In this document: piece by piece, positions 39,801 through 52,245 of the stretch | Layout of the letters: each line of letters opens with the position of its first letter | How positions within the stretch are numbered: position 1 is the first letter of the stretch | Source of the DNA: Nymphaea colorata | Lineage: Eukaryota | Direction: 5' to 3' | Assembly: GCF_008831285.2 (NCBI RefSeq) | Contig: NC_045138.2 | Span: 30,256,001 to 30,320,000, forward strand | DNA: 64,000 nucleotides | Notes under the pieces: model-generated | What the model saw: only the letters and a program-made list of their open reading frames with translations | What the model was told of the DNA's origin: nothing | Databases searched by the model: none | Translations under genes and position numbers: made by a program

Positions 39801-40382
39801 GTAGCTGGCTGAGATGTGTATATGAGTGTGAAAAAGTGAACGAAAAAGTGAACATGTTGACGCAGTCATCTAACTAATTAATTAACAGTCATGAAGCTTC
39901 ATGCTCGATCGGAGCGGCCATTATGTTTCAAACGTCGTCTTACCTTTCTCGTTCTTCTTAAGAGCTTCGGGTACATGCTTTCCTTTTGTTGATTTTGGAG
40001 TCAAACATTTGAATACAGGAAGGAAAAGTATGAAAGCTGCCAAAACACCCCGTTGAATTATTAGGTCGATCCAGAAGCCATTGTAGAAACGAAGGAAGAA
40101 AAGAGAAAAAACAAAAGTCAGTTAACCAAGAGGCCCTTCAGTTTTTCTTAGATGATAACTGCCCTTCCCCCTTTACTCTTGCTCTCAGAGTATAGTGTTG
40201 CTTTGGAACCTAGGCGGAAAGTGGTACATTCATCAACTGAAGTATAATGTATCTACACTTTACAGTTCAGAATAATAGCGACAACCGGACTTTCACTGAC
40301 AAACAATTTAGCCAGTTATGCTATGACGGTCTCCTCCAAATAAAATAAAAAGGAAAGTCAGATCCAAAACAGTCATGGTTGG

Positions 40383-40720
40383 TAGAGCTGCACATGAGCC
40401 AAGTCGAGCTCGACTCAGAAAACTCGAGTTCAATCTCAACTCAAACTCGAGCCGAGCTTGACAAAACAAGCTCGAGCTCGAACCCAACTCGTTTAATTTG
40501 TTTATGTTAAGCATGTCTCGTTTCTTTTAACTTGTTTAGTTGCCACTCGTTTATATTTTTTCATTAACAATACTCATTGTGTAATTGAGCCGAGTCGAGT
40601 TCTTACAGCTCAAACTCGACTCGTTTAACATTTCGACCACACATTTGAACTCAAACTTAAGGTGAGTTTGAGCCAAGCTCGAACTGTGCGACCGTGAGCT
40701 TTGCAATTTTGAACCCTCAC
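40383..40720. mobile_element. Degenerate hAT-type MITE (GAGCTCGAG-rich family)
   Basis: Left end TAGAGCTGCAC matches the family TIR seen at 11718 and 59333. Dense CGAGCTCGA repeats. Right TIR eroded, so the right boundary is approximate. Confidence 0.55.
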
Positions 40721-41250
40721 TCACCCTCCAACAACAAGAACTTTCGATTGAAACTGCACTTTCCTTTTTGATAGCTTCCAAAAAGCAAGATAGAATCTGA
40801 GGCTGCAGCCCAGGTCAATGGAAGCTGTGAAATTCAAACCGGTTGACTTCATTATGGCTCCAACTGAAGAAAATGAAACATATGCATGTGCATTTATCTC
40901 CCGTCATTTCGGTTTTGACAACAAAGAAACGGAAATGGGAATTCATGAATGCCGCGCTGCAAACTGCTCAGTCAATGTAATAGCTTTTGAAGTCAATCTG
41001 TAGTTTTCTTTAATTTTTACAAGTTCATCTTTACATAACACTAGTCAAATTGATTTGATGATTAAATGACCCACAACTTGCATTTTCTAGTGTCTGTTAA
41101 GTTTTCAGCATATTTCCAGCTCTTGAAGACTTGAAGTATGAAAGCCAAAAATAACGCAACTTACAACGTGAGAAATGAGTTGTCTGAATAAAGAGCATAT
41201 AATGAGGAGAGAGAAAAGAATTGTATCAATCATCACAAAGTTAAATGATC

Positions 41251-41290
<40 letters not shown>

Positions 41291-43529
41291 ATAGGTCAAG
41301 AACAAAAATAAACCCTTTAAATATGATATTTAAAGCCTTTTTTAAATCTAACCTTACTAATAATATGATCTGAAGGATAGGTTGATGCAAAATATAAATT
41401 AAGTTGACTATTTTTTTGAGTTTTAATAATGCTTTTATAATAAGCAAAAAATGAATGACTCTCTTTGCATCTAGGAGGCCGGATGACATTATCTTCATAT
41501 TGCAAGCCATGGCAGTTGGTAGTTAGATGTGAAAGTATCGGCTTGATTCCATCGTGTGTGCTCTGACCATAAGCTATTCAAGCAAACTATTTGCTGGTCA
41601 AAAAAATTGATGCATATCTATGCCGTTTTAAACTGTGTTGCTTTATAATAACATACATATATTTAATTTATATATTGAACATAGGAGATAGAATTCTTTA
41701 TTTGGAGAAAAATAACTTATTTGTCGAACTGGAGGCGGCAATTTATTTGTTTTGCACATTTCAGTCGTATTAATCACAACCCTTTTTGTGAAAAAGGATA
41801 CAGTACGCCAAATTATTGAACGCTTAAATTTCGGCGCCGACCAGAAATATATATATATATATATATATGTGTGTGGTGTGTGAAGAGTAAAATATATACG
41901 TGTGGAAAGGAAAATATGCGTACATGTATGAATAAAGTATTTTCTGGCCACTTTCCCGCAAATTGAACGACCTAGCTGATGGACAGTCGACTTCATGTTT
42001 TTTTTTTCCAAATAAAAATAGGTTTCCAATTCAACCCGAAATATTTTGACAAAAAATTACGTACTTTTAAGGTGACTTTGGATGACATCATCTATAAACT
42101 TGGTTTTGTGAAAATCAAGTTTTTGAAAAACTGATTCAAAACTCAGTTTTGTAAACTTGATTTAGTTGTTGGGATGACAAGTGAAAAAATTTGTTTAAAA
42201 GCAAAAATTAACCTTACCTGAAAAATTCGTGTGAAATCTGCTTTTTCAGGGTTTTTATGAAAACCAACCAGATTTTTATGTCGCATTGGGTTAGAGGGTG
42301 ACGGCCGGAGAAAAAGTAGAGGGTGGCGGCCGGAGAAAAGTAGAGAAGGGCTTTGGGTTATCTGGCGGTGAGGTGTTTCTCAAGATGACGATGAAAAAAA
42401 AAAAAAAAAACCACACGAACTGTCGGAAAAGACTAATAAAGTGTTCAAATTTGACCGATCCGTCGATCCACACGCATAGCGCCGGCCAGCACCACTGTAA
42501 GGCCAAGAAATTGACTCGGATGGGATTGTTGCTGTTTGTCCTAATTTTCATTTTCCACGTACGTATCTTAGATTTGATGAGCACCAATACATAATAATAA
42601 ACTGAATTATGCGAAGAAATTTTTTTAAAAAATTATGTGGTTTGTGTGGGCAACTGACCACACAAATTCTTAGCTAATTATTTGAATTCGTATTTTGATG
42701 GAACCCTCTCGCTCGTCGCTCTACAGCTACGAAAGCTAAGATGGTTTAAGGCGGCCGGGCGTTTCGCCGTTGGAATTTGAAGAAAGAGCTGTGTATTAGT
42801 GAAGCACTAGCTAGCTCGATTGAGTTAGGTGGGCGCGAAAATGGGCCATGCATGCATGGACTTTGATGATGCTGGAGATGTTCCTAAAGCAGCATTCCAA
42901 CTCGACGAATGCGTTATGTCCCTTTTCATACTACGATCTCATGTTCTCTGTTTATATATTATACCAAACTATATATCATCGGTCAGCAGCTCCCTCCCAC
43001 CTTTAATCTGTAGCTTCCAAAGCATGTTCACATTCAATGACAATCCACAACTACACCATTTGATTTGCTACTGTTCTTCCATTAGAACCGCTTAAGTGCA
43101 TCTATGGGAAAGAGTTCGAAGCAAGATTGCGATGAATTGGGTGATGGGTTGAATAGATCATAAGTTCTGATAACTTGTTAGTTTTTATGGGGAGGATCCG
43201 AGCATGAAATTTAACCGACATGAATGGTCAAACAGTTCGGTTGAGCAAGCGTTTTTGTTGATTGGTGTGTCGATTTATCAAGTAGAGCATGCAATTCTGT
43301 AAGGGCAATGAGAGAACCAGTCTCCAATTCTGGTAGATATTGTAGTATAATTGTTCTCAGTTGTGGTAATACAAAATCGACACGATGAGAAATCTCAGTT
43401 TTACAATCTTAATTCTGCAACTAAGTACGTCAGCTGCAACTCTTTCTGTCACAAATTAGCTTCTCGGAAGTCTCTACCGATCTCCTACGTACATATTCTT
43501 GAAGCCATTAATCTTTTTCTTCGATCACC

Positions 43530-43583
43530 TCAAATCCTGCATAAACGCCAAACAATGCAGTTAGAGGGACAGATCTACATAGA

Positions 43584-43625
<42 letters not shown>

Positions 43626-44131
43626 TAAATTACTGGATATATTCGACGCTGATTCTTTGACTGGGGATGCGGGAGATGGCACCAAAGGCATCGGCGGAGA
43701 GCAGAAGGGTGGAAGAGCAGGGATAGCGGCGGCAGGCGTCGACGACGACGACGTCGACGTAACCGGCCTTGCAGGGTCTGGAGTCTCCCGCGAGGCACCT
43801 GACCCTGTACCTCCTCCCGCACGCAGCACCATTGTCCCACATCACCTCACTCACGCTCACAAACATGCTGTTCGCCGGAAACCTGGACTGGTCGTTCCCC
43901 CAACACCTCGTCGCTGCAGCAAACCATTCATTCATGTGATCATCAGCAACAAAAGCAAACTATCAGAAGCAAGAGGTCGGATGCCGTTAGTGGGCATACG
44001 ATGGGCTTACGTATGTAGGGAGAGTAGTAGGCCGAGGCGGTGCCAACGTCCCCTGATACTGCAGACGTCTGCAGCAGCACTAGGAGCAGCATCGTGCGCA
44101 GGCAAAGCTTCATCGTCTTCTCCATCGTCAT
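43530..44131 (-). CDS. EG45-like domain-containing protein (plant natriuretic peptide-like, DPBB fold), copy 1
   Basis: Exons 44131-44011, 43913-43634 and 43536-43530 (G ATT TGA). Signal peptide, DVGTASAYYSPYIPTRCWG, WDNGAACGRRYRVRC, VVVDAC, LLLSADAF, ISVEYIQI*. Six Cys in the mature part. The exact start Met (44131, 44125 or 44113) is uncertain. Confidence 0.9.
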
Positions 44132-44231
44132 CTCAAGGAGCAGGGGTTTGAAGTGGTGTAGCTTTCGTGCTCGAGTTCGAGTACGCTCGTATGCCCGTGT
44201 TCTATACTTTTAGCATTTGCCCTTACGAAGC

Positions 44232-44243
44232 CATTTATATAGG
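44232..44243 (-). promoter_or_regulatory. TATA box of EG45-like copy 1
   Basis: CCTATATAAATG on the minus strand, about 100 bp upstream of the ATG. Confidence 0.6.
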
Positions 44244-45906
44244 CTGCTGTAGAAAGTTTTTCATATGATCTTTTTTTTTCTCTCTCTCTCTCTCTCTCTC
44301 TCTGCCGGCGTGCTCATGACATAGTGGATGATGAAAGCGCAGTAATGGATGACCAAACGACCAACGTCCCCATGGCTTTCTTTCTCTCTCTTTGATTTTC
44401 TGTTTCTAACTTGTATATTTTGTTCTTTTATCTTGTTGATTTTCTGTTTCTAACTTGTATATTTTGTTCTTTTATCTTGTTTTTGCGGTTTGATCTTGTA
44501 TTTATGACACTTTTTGTCTCCAAATTTTGTTATATATTTTCATTTTATCGGTTCTCTTTCACTTTCACTCTCTCTCCCGCCCCTTTCTACTCTCTCTCTA
44601 CCCTCTCCCATCTGTTTACTCTTTCTCTACCCTCTTATTATATTTTATTGTGCTGCTAACTTATATTTACGGTTTGTTCTTGTAGTTAAGGAACTTTTTA
44701 TTCTCAAATTTTGTTATATATTTCCAATCTCTTGACTCTTTCTCTTTTTCTCTCTGTATCGAAAAAGGGTGGTGGATCACGCACCATGATATGTCTTTTT
44801 GGGATGATATGCATCAGTTCATGATATACATTAATATTAACTTAATGTAAGGTTGAGATCGAATCTATAAGCAGATTTTTTAGTTAACGTGGATGAGAGC
44901 AATCTTCACATGAAGTGCTTGATCGACTGTAGATTTAATGGCTTTGTGATTATGTCATCAGCTAGTGGGGAGAAAGCGAGTGATACTTATGATTGGTTCA
45001 CGTGAGGTTAATACGGGGCTTGATATCATTGATTAGGAAAGTTATAAAATTTCTTAATGGTACTTTTATACAAGCCTTTAGCCTTTTCAAAGCCGGTGCT
45101 CCTTTTTTATATATTGCATGTGATGTCGTTCTTTGGTTTATCGTCATCCAAAAAGCTCAGTGTAGTTAGATATCAAAACTGACTTCTTCTTCCTCGTCTT
45201 ATCTCTCTCTCTCTCTCTCTCTCTCGTCGTTAGTTTATTGTTAGCACTTAAAAAGAATGATTTTGTACATTATATATATCTTGTCAACTATCAATTGAGT
45301 AAACACCCCATCTTGGTTGCATCTAAGAACTCGATCCTAGTTATATACACCGTTCTAGTGTATGAAATTTCATACGTTATTTTAATAATGACAAAAATAT
45401 TTATGATTAATACAAAAAAACTTTTTATAAAGACAAAAAAAGAAAACCACAAAAAAATGATTTGAGAGTTAAATAAATGTAACATTTGTTAGTATATATA
45501 TATATATATATTGTTATAACTAATATACCCAATTAAGTAGTAAAAAAATGTTTTTATTTTTTTCATTCCGTTCATAGTTCATAGGGTTATCTCATTATCT
45601 CATAAATATTTTATGATCTCATAAACATTATCTCATACTTATGTTTAACGTTATCTAATATGTCAGTTTGTTATCTCATAAATATTATCTTATACATCCG
45701 TCTGTTATTTCAATATCTCATAAATCTTTTGTTATTTCATCAACATCATATAGAAGTTAGGGGGCTTGGTGTGGTCAACGGCTGCCAGCCATGTTTGGAG
45801 AATCGAGAGCAGCACATGTTGTGGAAATCCTACTTTTCTTTTTTTGACTCCACACTACATTTGGCTAGCACATTATGCATGCCAATCCTGACTACTTTAA
45901 AAAGTC

Positions 45907-46064
<158 letters not shown>

Positions 46065-46577
46065 AGCACAGACACATATATGTATGTGGTGGAACATATT
46101 TTTTGTGCCTTAATATATGTGCCAGTGGCCCATAAAATGAAAGGGATGGTTGAACGAGGATTCTTTCTCATTTTATGTGGCGCTAAGGAAGTGGGTATGC
46201 TGCAACGATGCACGCACCATCCCAACATTTATATTCAATCTCACTTGAGAGGCTGGAAATGGGCCTTAGTGGATCACCCATTTGCGTACTTCTTCAATAT
46301 AATTGAACCGACCCCTACAAGGCTACCTAGCTGTGATCATCAACATCCACTAACGTGCCCACCTATTTTTTTTTTTTAAAGTATGTAGATTTGATGGCCT
46401 GGCCTAAGGATTTCTGCTCTTGCTTATATATATTTATTTATATCCTTGTCTTTTTAAAGTCATTCAACCATGTGATTCACATATTTTTCTTTTTATTTTT
46501 CTTTTAACCATTCATTTGCTTCATTTGCTTTCGAAAAATAACATTAGTTAGATGGTTAACTCACTTGCGCCAATACA

Positions 46578-46985
46578 TGTTAAGGCCCTGGCTGATGCTG
46601 CCCGACTGGTTTCGGCACCGTCGGCTGTGGTTCTCAGCCTTCTCGGGGGTAGGTCTGTAACATATCCTCCTTTCTTAGAAGGAGTTTGTCTCAAAGCTCC
46701 TGCAGTTGGAAACCAATGAGAGATCTGGTCAAACTCTTCATACGAAGTGCCATTGTCAGGCCCTTCCCATTCTAATAATACCTCGTGCCTAACTCGCCCC
46801 TATCTCTGAACATGCATGTGGCGTAGGATGCGGTAAGGTGTTGGCAGTTGATCTAACACATGTTCAATTGTTGTTGAAATCGGCCCAAAATGGGTTTCGG
46901 CCGAGAAACATGAAATACGGGATATACAAGGGCCTATTTGGGGATAGCCAACCTGTAGACTGCCGACTCCGGATAATGAGAATCA
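46578..46985 (-). mobile_element. Ty3/gypsy chromovirus remnant: integrase GPY/F region, chromodomain, PPT and short 3' LTR-like segment
   Basis: Minus-strand translation SAVYRLAIPK*ALVYPVFHVSRPKP (like AYRLxLP..IHPVFHVSxLK), then PYRILRH...EVLLEWEGPDNGTSYEEFDQISHWFP (chromodomain). Polypurine tract AAGAAAGGAGGA (46676-46665) followed by TGTTA...TAACA (46662-46578). Confidence 0.8.
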
Positions 46986-47641
46986 TCATTTACTTGATGT
47001 ATGTATAGATACACACATGCTTTTCATGCTGCTGTCTAGACGAAGTTAAATCTGCGAGTACAACTGCTATCTGGGATGAATTATTCGTCAAAATTTCTTC
47101 CGTCATTGTGTCTTCTAGTGTTGTCTTTTTCCTGATAAATAAGCTTCTAGAAGAAATTGTAAAGAAAAATGTACAATAATGGAAGATCGAAAGGCCACTT
47201 ACGTGGGTAATTGTCCTCTCCACTGTGATCATACGTTCGGACCATCAAATATAACCTGAACATATGTATCCAATATCCATGAATCCAGGAAACTACGCCC
47301 TTGCAAGATTAAGTAAGCTCCGAAAATATATATGATCGGATTCCATGATTTAAAACTCATGCCATAACATCTATATTTGATGTCGATTTGAATCGGTCAC
47401 GACTTGGATAAAGTCAGATTGATCATATTTTTTTTTATGTGATAGATTGTTGGTCATCAAAAGTGATGAGATGCATGGATCATACTTGTCGCTCTGTTTT
47501 TGTGTTTTCTGCAGTTTCATATTCTGCAAACCATAGATATTACATGAAATAACTCAATGGGGAGCAATGCTGAAACTGTAGGTAATAGCGAAGCGAAGAA
47601 GAAACTCCATTGATGGTCGGCCGCATCGCTGACTTAGAAGC

Positions 47642-49458
47642 TCAGATCCTGTAAATGTTCATATAGAAGAGAACTGAATCCAAAAAACAGAATGATATGT
47701 TAACAAGGGAGAGGGCAAGAGAGAGGGAGAGACGTACTGCCAGAACTCGACGCTGACGGCGGCGTGGGGGTTGCGAGAGATCTGCTGGAAAGCATCAGCG
47801 GAAAAGAGGAAGGTGGAAGGACAGGGGAAGGTGTTGCAGGCGTCGACCACCGTCACGTCGACGAAGCCGCCGACGCACGGCCGGCCGCTTCCGCCGATGC
47901 ACCTGACCCTGTACCTCCTCCCGCAGGCGGCGCCGTTGTCCCACACCATCTCCCCGGCGCTCACAAACATGTTGTTCGCCGGGAATCGCGACTGATCGTA
48001 TCCCCAACACTGCGTTGCTGCATCGCCCGCACCCACCGGCAATCACAAACCAAGCCAAACACATTAAGGCCGACCAAAACAGACCCCCATCTCTTTCTTT
48101 CTCACTACAAGTCTCATTGTTTGGAATGGTTTTCTCTTTTTTGAGTAATGAATGATTGTGCAACTCTAAATTTTCGTTTGATTTTTTGGAAAAATATAGA
48201 TTGACATGTTACATACACAAGAATTTAAAAAATCTTAATAGATACAAGAATCAAGTGAATAATATATAAAAATGTCAAAGCCAACGAGATTTTATTCGTT
48301 TATGATGCACTTAGAAGCGCACACGCGACCTTCTCATTTTCTCACATTTGACAATGATAATAGATTGTTGCCGTTCCATAAATCCGGCGAAACCCGATGC
48401 ATATATTGTTTTACGTATAAGTTCTGTTTCTAGTATGAAGGCGAATGGAGTATGGACGAACGTGATCGATTTGTCTTGAAGCTTTTTAGCTTAAAAGGAA
48501 TGAGTTGCTTGCAGTGGGAGCCAAGGTTTCGGATTGAAGAACTCCGTTCAATCGAAATCCAAAGCAGAGTGCACATCCCCATGCATGAAAATTTTACATA
48601 GACGTGTGTGATTAGGAGCGTGTAATGACCAAAATACTTTTGTTTAAAGTAAAAAAAAAATTAAAGGATAAAAAATGATTATGAAAATGTTAAAATTTTA
48701 AAAAAAATAAACATTTTTTATAAATAAAATAAAAAATACCTTAATCCCATTTAGCATGTATCTAACAAAATATTGTTTAACCTCTAAAACACCATCTAAA
48801 GTACGTTTAGAACTTTAGATGATCATAAACTGATGTTTTTAAAAGAGAGAATAACTTGACCCTCCCCAGCAGTAGCGGAGTTAAAAAATATGAGCTGAGG
48901 GGTTTAATCTAAGAGCTTTCAAACCTTAAGGGGCAATAATATACGTAAATCAGCAAATATTTAACGGCCTCCTTATAAAAACTAAAGAAATTTTGTGAGG
49001 CTTGTGTGGGCAACTGCCTGCCCGTCTCTGCCAAACATGTGGCGTTGCCACTGCTCCCTCCCTGATTAAGATTTTTTTCATAGAAAACAAAACACCATTT
49101 TGGGTGTATCTCCCAAATACACAAATCATAATTTAAAAATTGATTAAAAAATCAAGTTTTAACAAAACTTTACAAAACGATTTTTTTTTTTTACGTTAAT
49201 GTCATGCAAACGCTGCCTTACAAAAAAAAAAAAAGACTGTAAGAAGGCACCCAACAGAAGAAAAAGAAAGGAAAAAAAAAAGGTAGGATATAACATACGT
49301 ATATAGGGAGAAGGGTAGGATGCAGCGGTGCCAACATCTGCCATGGCGGCCATGACGAACATCTGCAGGCAGAGAACTGTAATTAGGAGAAGCTCCTTCA
49401 TCTTCCGCCATGAAACCTGCAGCAGCTGCTGTTGCTGTTGCTGCCTCATCATCGTCAT
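47642..49458 (-). CDS. EG45-like domain-containing protein (plant natriuretic peptide-like), copy 2
   Basis: Exons 49458-49299 (alternative start 49401, MKELL), 48017-47738 and 47648-47642 (G ATC TGA). DVGTAASYPSPYIPTQCWG, WDNGAACGRRYRVRC, VTVVDAC, VSVEFWQI*. Same intron positions as copy 1. Confidence 0.9.
48870..49053. mobile_element. Degenerate hAT-type MITE in intron 1 of EG45-like copy 2
   Basis: Ends CAGTAGCG / TGCCACTG (CAGTGGC-type TIR). Flanks CTCCCCAG / CTCCCTCC match 5 of 8. The internal TGTGTGGGCAACTG motif recurs, with variation, at ~15.67 kb and ~42.64 kb. Confidence 0.5.
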
Positions 49459-49945
49459 CCTCTCTCTCTCTCTCTCTAGATTTGCGTTTGCTTGATTTTG
49501 GCCAGCGCATTTGTTGGGGTTTTCTTGCATATATATGGGAAGCAGTTACGGTGCAGCGGCGAGGGATGCTTCCACGCTGGAAATTAGAAAAGGTCCTGAT
49601 TAGTTAACGCTTCACGGCAATCCTTAGGATCTTCAGATCTCTCCGTCCATTATCGCTAGTGAGTGAATCACTCGAGAAATAAAATTTATTAATATTTTGA
49701 CAAAAATCACAAAGCTTGGGGCAAATAATAAATTATATATTACCATTCAACTTTTGGAAGTTAATAAGTAAGCAATCGACTTGCCATATTATATTAAATG
49801 AAAATATTAAATTTTCGCACAAATCAATAAAAATACGTCTCTTAAGAGCCTATCTTTTCTTTGGTTGAAGGAAGATATTATTTCTATATTGGTAAGAAAG
49901 GGAAGCGGCTCATGTTGTTGCTATATCACCAAAATATGTGTTTTG

Positions 49946-50534
49946 TAATTTTTTTTGTAGTTACCAATCAATCAAATCCATTGCAATCAAGTACGCATAA
50001 CTCCATCAAAAGATCAATATAAACGTGGCTCTAAGGGGGCGTTTGATACATCTAAAATCATGAAATTTTACAATCAAAATTTGATACATTTAAAATCATG
50101 AAATTTTACAATCAAAATGCTCATTTTTTTTAAGAAATTAGAATTAATAAACAAACAGAGTACTTTGTTTTTAGAATTAGGAAACTGAAACCTAGAATTT
50201 TGATTTCATTTCATAAAGGAATTATGATTATGAAGTTTTCATTCTTGAATCAAAGTGTCTTTTATAATTTTTTTTGTAGTTGCCCATCAATCAAATCCAA
50301 TGCAATCAAGTACGTATATCTCCATCAAAAGATCAATATAAACGTGGCTCTAAGGGGGCGTTTGATACATCTAAAATCATGAAATTTTACAATCAAAATG
50401 CTCATTTTTTAAGAAATTAGAATTAATAAACAAACGGAGTACTTTGTTTTTAGAATTAGCAAACTGAAACCTGGAATTTTGATTTCATTTCAGTTTGAAA
50501 GGAATTATGATTCTGAAGTTTTCATTCTTGAATC
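49946..50534. repeat. Tandem duplication (~319-bp period) of flank plus most of a Tourist MITE
   Basis: TAATTTTTTTTGTAGTT...CGTGGCTCTAAGGGGGCGTTTGATAC...TTCTTGAATCAAA occurs from ~49946 and again from ~50265. Confidence 0.9.
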
Positions 50535-50560
50535 AAAATTTCAAACCATCAGACGCCCCC
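50354..50560. mobile_element. Tourist (PIF/Harbinger) MITE, 207 bp, TAA TSD
   Basis: TIRs GGGGGCGTTTGAT / ATCAGACGCCCCC (1 mismatch in 13). TAA at 50351-50353 and 50561-50563. Confidence 0.85.
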
Positions 50561-51881
50561 TAAATATATATGTGCTATACTTAGGTGGGTATTGTGGTCA
50601 CTCATCTCTTTGGGAGTAAGCTCATTAACTGCCCTGGTTTTGAAGGATCCTCATATTCAGAACAGAACAAAAAAAGTTTGTTATTGGCTGTGACGTATAT
50701 CGAAATTCATGGGTCCAGTGGGTTTAAGGATTACGCAACTGAAACCGCATCATGACTTTTGGTTCAGCAAGGAAGCGAGTGGCTTATTACGCCAACTTCT
50801 TAGGGGTTAGTGCCTTTCTAGAGGGTGCTTGGTAAGAAAGACTGTTTTGTTACAAAAAAAAAAAAATCATGTTCTTAGTTTATTGTATAGTTATATCTAG
50901 TCTTTGATTGTTGGATATAAGGATAATATCTTTAATCACATAATGTTTTTGGACACAAGAACATGGTGTTTATAAAAATATATTTTAGGAATACATATAT
51001 TCTTTTTTATCAAACATGGATTAACAAAGCAGCTTTTGCTGGGTTTAGTTTTTTTTCCAACTGCAATTTGAAGTTTAATGTAACTAAAAGAAGTTGATGC
51101 TAGAGCAAAGGAGACCTATTGCATACATCGATATAAGTTTAAACTTAGAAATTCTAGATATTTTTAATCACCCCTTCTTTCTTTTTGGCTTGGATGGGTG
51201 AAATATAGCAGGTTAGATTAGTCGAATTATAAGATGCATATAGTTAGTTTGATTCTCAAAGATGCTATTCTTTTGGATCTTATAGGGTGAGACACGAGAC
51301 CAAACTACTTGAAAGTGCATGCATTGTTCGCACTCTCAATCCCCAATACAGCTCTAGACCCCGAGGGCAAAGAGTTTCAGCTTTTAAGCAATTGCCCTTT
51401 CATTGTTCCTTTTATGAAAGAAATTGCTTTTGGGTAGGGGTGGATAGGAATTGAAAAGGGATCAGTTCTTAAGATTTTAAGAATTTAATGGTACAAGAAG
51501 CACCTTCAAACCTTTTCATCCATTGTAAAGAGTTAAATATGCAATATTAAAGTGTGAGCATTTTTTTATGTTAACTTTCCAAAAGTTAAGTGTGCCTTTG
51601 GAACATGCAAACACGTATTTCTTCAAGGATTTCTTTGCTTAAGGTTTTAGAAACCAAAAACACACTGCCTCGTATCGTTTAATGGGACCGAAGATGCGTG
51701 GTTAAGATGGTCACAAATTGATCGATGGAGGCAAGCAAGAGGCGTTCCATGTTTAGACGCATTGTGGCTGGTCATAACATGGTTGCTTGGAAAGTGGGTC
51801 TCCTTTTTAAAATTATTTTTGTCTACCAGTTCCGAAACTTATTTTCATTTATAATATTATTCATCAATTCCAAAATGGTTT

Positions 51882-51987
51882 TCTCGAAAGGGCATAGCTC
51901 AAATGGGCGGGTTGTGATGCATTATGCCGCATGTCCCAAGTTCAACTTGCGAGGGGCTATACTCCGGTACCAAAAAAAAAAAAAAAA
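51882..51987 (+). mobile_element. Short tRNA-derived SINE-like element with poly(A) tail
   Basis: A box TAGCTCAAATGG (51895-51906), B-box-like AGTTCAACT (51939-51947), A16 tail (51972-51987). Possible degenerate TSD AAAATGGT / AAAACGGT. Confidence 0.55.
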
Positions 51988-52183
51988 CGGTGGGTCTCTA
52001 TGTACAAGTTAAAGCACATGAAGATCTCACTACTTGGTACCGATGTATCTCTACGAAGGAGGAGGTATCTACTTTAGTTCGCACATGGTAGAATCAATCA
52101 ACATCCTTCCTGAATTCTAAGAGGGTTTGCTCACGTAGTTTTCAGAATGGCTCTCCTCCCAATCTCCGTTCAACTCTATCATG

Positions 52184-52245
<62 letters not shown>

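Noticed and set aside
34400..43300. Search of the gene-free ~9-kb stretch for conserved miRNA, snRNA, snoRNA or tRNA genes
   Set aside because: By eye I found no conserved mature miRNA, snRNA USE element or cloverleaf, only MITE fragments and microsatellites. An Rfam/Infernal scan would be needed to exclude them.
43351..44151. 266-aa plus-strand ORF
   Set aside because: Antisense to EG45 copy 1 and runs through a (GA)n tract. Non-ATG start.
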